From contig JALMLS010000438.1 in the NCBI GenBank assembly GCA_038496445.1, forward strand, positions 1-64,000: a stretch of DNA of 64,000 nucleotides. The letters run 5' to 3'. Below are positions 53,394 to 64,000 of this stretch, piece by piece. The DNA is from Trichosphaerium sp. ATCC 40318 (lineage: Eukaryota; Protista; Tubulinea). A program made the position numbers and the translations under genes. The notes under the pieces are model-generated. The model was given only the letters and a program-made list of their open reading frames with translations, ran no database searches and was not told where the DNA came from. Position 1 is the first letter of the stretch. Every line of letters starts with the position of its first letter.

Positions 53394-54589
53394 TCATCTA
53401 TGAGTCTTGTCATTGTACTTTCCACCTGGTTTACCATTTGAATAGTAACATAATTTACTTAGTTTACCAATCTTGGACCACTCTTTGTACTCTCCTTCAC
53501 GTTTACCATTCACATAAAAACATCGTTTCTTCAAGGTACCACAGTAGTACCACTGCTTGAACTCGCCGTTAAATTTACCATTCTTATACTGCCGCTGGCT
53601 AATCAAAGTTCCATCAACACTCTTTCCAATATACCACTTTTTGTACTCCCCATCAAGGTCTCCGTTTTGATAGCAACAAAGTGTTCTCATCTGACCATTC
53701 TTGGAATTATGTTTGTATGTGCCATCAAGTAATCCGTTTGTATAGAAGCAATGTATACTCAATTTGCCATCTATGAACCATTTTGTGAACTCTCCATCCA
53801 GTTTACCGTCAGCATAGTGACAATGTAGACTCAAATTACTATTGCTGGTCCACTGTTTGTACTCTCCATGCAGTTTACCATTTGTATAGAAACAATGTCT
53901 GCTCAATTCACCATATTTGGACCATTCTTTGTACTCTCCATCAAGGTATCCGTTTGTATAGTAGCAATGTATACTCAATTTACCATATTTGAACCATTTT
54001 GTGTACTCTCCATCCAGGTTACCGTTGACATAGTGACAATTTAGACTCAAAGTACCGCCACTGGTCCATCGTTTGTACTCTCCGTGTAGGTTACCATTGG
54101 CATAGCAGCACTGTACTCTCAAACTACCGCTGCTGGACCATTCTTTGTACTGTCTATGTAATTTGCAATTACAACGACAAAGCACATTCATTTTCCTATC
54201 CTTGAACGTTTCTCTATACTCTCCATGTAGCTTACCGTTGGCATAGCAGCAATGTACACTCAAATTGCCACTACTGGTCCATTCTTTGTACTCTCCATCC
54301 AGGTTACCGTTGACATAGTGACAATGTAGACTCAAAGTACCGCCACTGGTCCATCGTTTGTACTCTCCGTGTAGGCTACCATTGGCATAGCAGCATTGTA
54401 GACTCAAACTGCCGCTACTGGGCCATTTTTTGTACTCTCCGTCACATGTAAGGTACACTTCCCTGTCCGTATCTACTATATCAAGCAGTGTCTCATTTGG
54501 AAGCTTCGTTAGATGACACTTACGCGGCTTTTTCTACAAAATATTGGTTTAGCGGTGTACAAAACAAAAAACAAAACGAGTACGTACAT
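53394..54589 (-). CDS. F-box-like + Cys-rich MORN-variant repeat protein, 2 exons
   Basis: Exon MY (54584-54589), intron 54534-54583, then KKPRKCHLTKLPNETLLDIVDTDREVY followed by GEYKxWxxxGxLSxHCxYxNG repeats. Confidence 0.8.
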
Positions 54590-55716
54590 TATCAGTGTTA
54601 TGAGTTATTTTCAAATCCGGGTGTTCTTGGTTTTTATTCAAATATTGTGGTCTCGTCCAATGAAATGTGAAAAATTGTGGTTTTGGCCTGTGAAATGCCA
54701 CTATTCTTGTTTAGAAGACACTTGAAAACTGTTTTTTTTTACGGAATTTCTATGACAAAAAAGCTTTCGTTTATGGTATGAATAGCTCGAATCGCTTTTG
54801 AACAAGTCTAATCAGTTGTCTACGGTTTAAAAGACACTGTGTCAATTATTGTTCGAGCTTGTTCGAGCTTGTTCGAAAAAATGCGAGAATTCAAACGAAA
54901 TGTTCGAACCATAAGTGTGAAAAATTGTAAATAAAGTATAAAATTATGGTTGAGTAAAGCAAGGGTCCTTGTACGTACTATTTCGTTGTATTTCTAACGG
55001 TGTACTGGTGTAGGTCTAGTTTAAAAGTGACGGCAGTACTTCCAACGCACAGTAGAGGAGGTAAGTTACAAAGGCTAATGTTAGTGTGTTACTACTGCTA
55101 ATGCTAGTGTGTTACTACTTATAATAAGCTCACCAGTGCTTAATATAGAGGTGGCAAATCCGGTCCAGTCCAGTTTCGATATAGGTTTTCCGGTCCGAAC
55201 TAGTAAGAAGTACTTCATTCAGTGAATAATAGTAAAAATGGCTTTTTTTGATTAAAAGTAGTCTTAAACGCTATAAAATCAAAAGTTCTACTCAAAGAGA
55301 GGTTGAAAGCCCCTTTCAAGCCACTTTAACAAAACTAAGTTTTTAGAGCGGTTTACCCTTTGGTAACAGCTGCCTAACCACTACTTTTTAGGTTCCAAAA
55401 TGTGCAGTGACCATTTTGAAATTTTGCTCACGTGATATTTTGGCTACCTATTTTAATACTTTGCATGCGTAGCTAAATGTAAAGTGAAGTATTGGGCTTC
55501 TAGAACGTTTTTGAAACTATTTTCTTTAAAATGCAAAAACAGTGGCGTATTAAAAACGCCAGACACAGCTCAGTGTTTTCGTACACGTGACAACGCGACA
55601 ACAAAACAGTATAAACTATAAGATATGTTTTTCTTCAAAAAACATTTTGTCCGTTCCACGTGATAAAAATAACGCTTCATGTTACATATTTGATACACGG
55701 TTACGTGGAAGATGTT

Positions 55717-58449
55717 ATGTTGGTGTTAACGTTACTTAGTATTGTGAGCAAGCCTAAACTGAAATTTATAAGTTGCCGTTACCTAAGGAATAAGGCTGAC
55801 TAAGTTGAGAAAAAGTGTTACGGCAAATTGTGCGACCATCTACGCGTTTCCAAATGCTATTCGCACGTGCTTTAGTGTGCATTGCTATAATATCTACAGT
55901 AATAGGTACTACCAGTTTGAAACGCGTAACTCTAACATGTTAGGCGGTAACGCACCAACAGTAGAAAGATGGCGAATTTTTGAGCTTTCTTTAAACGGTA
56001 AAATTATCAGCTTCAGTTCACCTTCTTTGGCACTAAATCTATACTTTAGGACCTTCTTCTGGTAATCCATTTATTGATGTTGCTCTTAGGGCTGATTTTA
56101 CGATGAACGGTTCGTTGTTAAAAAGTAAAGCGAATGTTCTTTTGAAACTGACAAAAAAAAACTTTCAAGGGCGTGTCTTTTCGCCAGAAGGCTTCTATGA
56201 TGGCGGTGGTGTTTACAAGGTTCGGTTTTCTCCTGATACTGGTACGTTAAACACCCTGAACAGCTAATTTATCTAACTTGTTTTCTACTTAGTTGGCACG
56301 TGGACATACACGACTACGAGTACTGAAAAATCATTGGATGGTATTTTTACAAGCTTTTGTGTTGGATTAACAATTGGACTGACACGTGTTTTTAGGTCAC
56401 ATGGGTAATATTACGTGTACACCAGCTTCAGCTGGTAATCATGGGCCTGCGAATGTAAAATCAGAAAAGGCATTTGCTTACGCTGACGGAAGGCCTTATT
56501 TCAGGTTAGATTTTTTTTTTTAGTAAATCGTTGTAGTTGACTTGCACTTCTATAGTGTTGGTACCACTTGTTACGCTTGGATTCACCAAGAGGATTGGGT
56601 TATTAACAGTGCGTATTAAAGAGGGTTTTTATTGCTAAACTGTGCCACGTGAGATACCCTGGCAACGCTAAAAGACGCGCCATTCAATAAAATGAGGATG
56701 ACTGTTTTTCCAAAGTGGTAAAAATACAAATTTCTGTTTACTCAGGCTGAGTATTTGTAGGTACACTTATAACCGCAATGAGCCTATATATTATCCATAT
56801 GAAGGAACACCACCAAATAAATGGGATTTTACTACTTTTAACATTCCATTCTGGCAGAACCTGGAACGTCGAATTATTCAGCTTGATGAATTAGGTACAT
56901 TGTTTTTTCAACTTTTTTTTCAAAAGTTTTTGGTCTAATATTGGATACTAGATATAATAGCAGAGCCCATAATAGTACATTTGAATACTTAATATTTCTT
57001 TTGTAGTTAAACATTAGTTATAGTTTCATCCTTATGACTATGGACACTGGTACAGTTTCTTCTTTTTTTCTTTTTCGAATATTGTTGTTTTCTCACCGAA
57101 ATTTGCGCTTCCACACGTTTGATAATGCTCTTAAATTTATTTCTGTACATAACTTAGTTTCCAAATGATACTGTTAATTGTAACAAACCAATTGTTATTT
57201 CAAAAGGCATCTATGAAACGGAGTTTTTCAATTTTTCTTTTTTTTTTTCTTTGTTTATTCTTGAGTCTCACTCTGAGAAATAAAGGGGTTTTGATAGAAT
57301 GGGTGCTTATAACGATGACCTTTACCTCCGTTACCTCATAGCACGTGTTGCTTCTTATAAGAATGTGATGTGGTCTATGGCAAATGAGTGGGATTTGGTT
57401 AAAAGTAAAACTGTTGCTGATTGGGACAGGTGCGTTTAACTTGCGTTTAAAATCCAGTCTTATCATATCCAAGATTCTTCGAAATTCTCCAAGCATATGA
57501 TCCATATCATCGTGAAAGATCAATACATAATGGTCCACATTATTATAATCACTCTCTTCCATGGATTACACATATTTCTCTTCAAGGTAACAGTCGAATT
57601 CGCAAAATATGTTTTCACATTATTTTGGTATTTATGTCTTTCTGTAGGTCACACAGTTTCTCAACTTGACTATATACGAAAAACATATCTACCAAAACCG
57701 ATAACATGGGATGAAGTTGAATACGAAGGCAACGTTCCTGTAAGTATTGAAGGAGAAACTATTTTCTTCAGATAAAAACTTTTGTCACAGGAAGGATGGG
57801 GAAACCTTACACCACAACAAATGACTCAAAGATTTTGGCTAGGAAATGGTAATGGTGTTTATGTTGGTCACGGAGAAACCTATCTTCATAACACTACTAC
57901 TCCAGAAGGCACGTGATATTCTACAATATAAAATCAAGTAACATACGCGTCATTGCGCTTATCCACAACAATAGGCGAGGTTCTTTGGTGGAGTAAAGGG
58001 AACGTACTACGAGGACAAAGTCCAGAACGAATAGCGTTCTTCAAAAAGGTAAGGCATTCGCCGATTTCGATATCGAGGAACTACAAGAGCTTTTTTTTTT
58101 TTTTTGTTCATCTTGTTTAGTTCATGGAAACTCAAAAGTATATGTTTGATGAACTGGATACTATGCAACTAAGTGATGAGACTGCATTCATGCAGTATAA
58201 AACTGGTAGTTATTATTTGATCTACTGGCACGTGCTCAAAAAGCCAAAAACGTGAAAATTTTTTGTAACGATATTTTTAGGTATGATACGGCATCTACGA
58301 TTACTTTAACTCTTCCTGGCACAACATCATATGAAGTTACCTCCATTGATTATTATAATATGACAACAACAACATTAAAAGCAGCTATTCCTGGTACATT
58401 CAAAGCTACTGCGCCTAATCCGTACTATATTTTGCGTTTACAAAACTAG
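55717..58449 (+). CDS. Secreted DUF5060-DUF4038-DUF5605 (putative glycoside hydrolase) protein, about 15 introns
   Basis: [80 protein letters not shown]. Confidence 0.85.
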
Positions 58450-58720
58450 CACCAATAAATTTTTGGTTTCATTCTCAGTTCATAACCAGGCGTTTATTTT
58501 ATGTAAAGGGTTTCCTCAGAGCAACTGAATTGTACAGTTAATTTTTTGAACGTTTTTATTGTGAGCAAGGTAGTAAAGAACGTTTCTTAGTCAAAGTTCT
58601 TAACTTGAATCCACGCCAAAGTAAGAAAGCAAATGACTAACCAGAAGAATTAAGAGGTACAAAAAACGAGCAAGGTTGAAGAATGTAGTTTTATTAGAAC
58701 TGCAAGTAAACAAACTACGC

Positions 58721-60195
<1,475 letters not shown>

Positions 60196-61318
60196 TTACT
60201 TTTGGGTGAGCAAAAAAGTCTGTGCGTGTGAAACGCTTGTCATGTTGAGAATTTTTGAGTTTTCTGAAAAATACTCGCTTCTCGTTAAAAATCGCCTTGT
60301 ATTCTGTTTCTTTTGAGAATCCCGCAGTTTGCTTTAAAGTGGTTATAATACTATTTAAAAAGTGCTAAAAGACAAAGCAGGAGCACCAAAAAACGAGAGT
60401 AGAGAACAAGTCAGTTTAATCGCTTTTCTGCATGTTTTTGATGCTATGGACGCTTTCTTAGTCTGCAAATTTTCTTCCCTAACGGCAAAAACTGCGAGGC
60501 TAGCATACACAACGCATCTCCGCCAGACATGAGCTTTAGCACCTCTACAAAGTGTACTTTTACATAAAACGAACAAGTTGTTTTTTAGTGAGCAACACCA
60601 CGTGGGTTGTAGCTGGTAACCTCTATTAATGTTCGTAAGAACATCCCACCATTGGAGGTTGTTCCCTGCTAACAGGTACAGTTTTGCTAAAAACATAGCA
60701 GCGAGGAACTTGGCTTGTTTATTGGATATAATACATCTTTACGCTCCTTTGAGAGGTTTGTGCGTACCACCTGACTCTTATATGTTCGTTAGACATTTTT
60801 CACTTCAAAGCTGATTATCGTATTAGTGTGCTTTGTAGTAGCTAGAATTGACAGATTTCGTTTTGTAGATCAAAATAGAAGGCAACAAATAGCATAAACA
60901 TGAAAGGACTATCGAAATGAAGGCAAATCTGCGTATTTGTGAAGGTACGGCTAACGGGCAGCTAGAAACAAAAACTCTTGTCTAAGAGCGTCGTTGCTTC
61001 CCGTACATGATGTCACGTGTCAGCACCTTCCATTCTCTTATGTATGAAGCTTGATTGTTGCTATTAATAAACAAGTGTTGTGGTGGTTGCTTATCTCGGA
61101 ATCAAGCATGTTGCTTTGCCATTTTGTTTAAGTTTGAGCGTCTAAACCAATGATTACCTGGGAGTAAATAGATAGTTTGAAGGGGAACGAAAAATCCACA
61201 TTGGAAAAAAAAACGTTAACCCTGTTTGTGACTATACTTGACTATACACGTAGCCATAGTTTGGTTAAAACGTGCACCCGTTTAAACATTAAAACCCTGC
61301 CTGTAACTTTATTACCGA

Positions 61319-63457
61319 ATGGAAAATTCTAAACAAGGATACAATGGCATTTGGAACCGAATTCAATTTTTTAACAACCTGGAAGCCGGAACTAAGAATG
61401 TTGGTTATTATAAAGGAAAAAAAAAAGGAGAGAATACGCTGCTACATAGCACTACGTATGTTGGTGACTTTAAAGGTAACAAAGTAAATAAAAAAATAGA
61501 GAATACGCTGCTACATAGCACTAAGTATGTTGGTGATTTTAAAGATAATAAAGTACACAAAAAAATAGAGAATACACTGCTACATAGCACTACGTATGTT
61601 GGTTATTTTTCAGGTAACAAAGTAAACCAAAAAGTAGAGAATGCTTACCCAGATGGAAGAAAGTACATTGGTGAATTTAAAGATGGTACATTTAACGGAA
61701 AAGGAGAGCTTATGTGGCCAGATGGATCAAAGTATGTTGGCGATTTTAAAGATGGTAAATTGAACGGAAAAGGAGAGCTTACGTGGCCAGATGGAGGAAA
61801 GTATGTTGGTGAATTTAAAGATGGTAAATGCAACGGAAAAGGAGAGCATACGTGGTCAGACGGAAAAAAGTATGTTGGTGAATTTAAAGATAATTATTCC
61901 AACGGAAAAGGAGAGCAGACTTGCAAGATGGCTCAAAGTATGTTGGCGAATTTAAAGATGGCGAGTTAAATGGTAAAGGAGAGAAGACATGGCCAAATGG
62001 AGCAAAGTATGTTGGTGAATTTAGTTTTGGCGAATACATCAAGTCTGGATGCGTTTATTTCAATAATGGTACAAGGTTGGATGTTAATTGGTATTTTACA
62101 CTGCTCGAAGATTGTAAAATAACACACCCTGGTGAGAGAACAATTGAAGCCAAATGGAGAATCAACGAAAGCAAGTTGATCACTTTTCTTGATGTGTACC
62201 AAGCCACACTTAACCTTAAACATGAGGCTCCCACAATCTGGTATATTGGTAGAAATACGTCAATATCACCATCAACCTGGACACGTGACCAGGTGCTATA
62301 TGTGCTAAACAGGATCGAACCAAAGCTTGTTGACTTTTTGAAACCGCAGCAATTAAGGTACGTATTAGTGTTCGAGCTAGCAGATTCCCTTACATTTTGT
62401 TTACGCACAGTGGCAAAGACTTTTTGGAATTGGAGAAAACAATGCTTGTGTCTTGGCTTAACGTACCCTTAGGGTATGCAAACAAACTTCTAGAGTACAT
62501 CAGTTACCTGAAACAAGGTACACTACACCAACGCTTCGCACTTTGTTGACCTTACAAATAGGAGGATCTAGTAATCAATCAAAGCTTGTGGAACGAGGTA
62601 CGCTCTCACTCTCATATGTAATCTTATATTCACATTGATCTTAGTTCCTAAAGACTCAAAGGAGTTTAAAGACTTGGAAAAAGAAGTTAAAGCAGCAACA
62701 AACAATCAAATCGCTATTTACCTTCCACCACACCAACCCAAACCGCTCATGTTCATCCTTGTTGGTGCTTACCGTATTCTCAACCCCAAACTCAGGTATT
62801 TACAATTAAGTTGGTTTGTTTAAAGATTTTCTAGAGACGCATATGAAAACATGAAGCAACAATTGCATGGAGACAAAAGAGAGTTCATTGGATTTCATGG
62901 AACCTCGTCCTCAAATTTGAAGAGTATTTGCGAGTACGTCCTTGTGAATTTCTTATCACTATAAATCTTATCTAATACCATTGTTAGAAGCGGTTTACTT
63001 CCTGTTGGTCACGCTAAAAATACCAGCAATGCAACCGACAATGGTACGTGTTCGTATTCGCTTTTCAATCAACTAAACAGTGTGAAAAAAAAAGGATGGT
63101 TTGGTGACTGTACAAAGGGAATCTATGTATCACGATACATGGATTACAGTCTTAAATACTGTCGCCCAAATGGAGTGCTCACGCCCGTAAAATCAGGAGA
63201 TATTGTTAGATTGCTTATGTTTCGTGTTCTTCCAGGCAAAACTAACTTTGTGCAAAAAGTATGTAAACCAAAACTTGGTAGATTTTGATAGTATCATTTA
63301 GAAAACACTTGGGTTGCAACCGACACCTGGATACGACAGTAATAGCTCCCCTCGATATATGGAGTGGTTTTTATACTCATCGGACCAGGTTTTACCTGTT
63401 TATGTGCTTAAGATACGTGCTATGTACAACAACCGTACAGTGCATGATGATTTCTGA
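61319..63457 (+). CDS. MORN repeats - SAM - PARP-like ADP-ribosyltransferase (frameshift near 61921)
   Basis: YVGEFKDGKxNGKG repeats; SAM (PSTWTRDQV..GKDFLEL..PLGYANKLL); FHGT, GWFG..KGIYVS..YSLKY, GYDS, EWFLY..QVLPVY. Confidence 0.75.
61430..61636 (+). repeat. Three tandem 69-bp repeats (ENTLLHSTxYVG..) in the MORN region
   Basis: GAGAATACGCTGCTACATAGCACT repeated at a 69-bp period. Confidence 0.85.
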
Positions 63458-64000
63458 TTATGAGAATTTGAAATGATTTTGTGAACGAATAAATTGTTTG
63501 TTAGATACTGGTCGTCTCAAATACCCCATTTAATGCTTTAATGCACTACTATTCAACATATAGCTTGTAACGTCATAGCTACCAGTGACATGCTAACCTT
63601 CAATTTCGATGGAATCTGTGTCCAGAATATACCGAAAGATAGAAAAAGAGAACTTCGCTAGAGTATGAAATATTTGTTTTAAACTGATTTGTTAATCTGT
63701 TTTTTCGTTGACTAGTCTGACTCACACGCTTGATCACGATGAATCACACGTTAAACGACTTTAATCAAGCGTTACCAATTACCACCATCTCATGAGTTTC
63801 ATACTTTAAGTACAAGCGATGGTACAGAACATCTAAAGGTTTGTGCAATAAGCTTTGAAAAATACCCATAAAAATACATCAAATCAAGAACAACTAATAA
63901 ATTTTGATTTGCTTGCTCTGAGTAACCCGAGAAATATGAAATTCCATATCTGTATTTGCTAGCATAAATGAAGAGTTTTCAGATAGAAAAGAGCTCCATC

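Noticed and set aside
54780-55205. hAT-like element remnants (GTTCGAGCTT repeats, TAGAGGTGGCAAA end, 23-bp tandem)
   Set aside because: No matching opposite terminus or TSD found.
63590-64000. Partial gene at the window end
   Set aside because: No recognisable motif or consistent reading frame.

Overview
AT-rich (about 35% GC) eukaryotic nuclear DNA with many short introns and donors mostly GTACG/GTAAG/GTATG. The actin sequence and gene families suggest a free-living amoeba-like protist (inference). Spliced host genes: actin, Na+/H+ exchanger, SDR, DCAF8-like WD40, M14 carboxypeptidase, C2-arrestin, an Ank-RhoGEF-Kelch-SAM protein, an LRR/7TM/TKL kinase, a bacterial-type DUF5060/4038/5605 protein, an FHA-PIP-WWE protein and a MORN-SAM-PARP-like protein. 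These alternate with fast-turnover islands of F-box/LRR and F-box/MORN genes, pseudogenes, MITEs and a 3-kb inverted duplication. Top observations: (1) a circularly permuted tRNA-Tyr(GTA)-like gene at 41801-41939(-), closed by its own terminal stem and a poly-T terminator; (2) roughly 10-fold over-representation of the palindrome CACGTG across exons, introns and intergenic DNA; (3) a TG..CA TIR element family seen as both filled and empty sites, with one copy carrying a captured intron-containing SdrD-B-like gene fragment. Gene models were spliced by eye, so boundaries are approximate and domain names come from motif recognition, not database searches.
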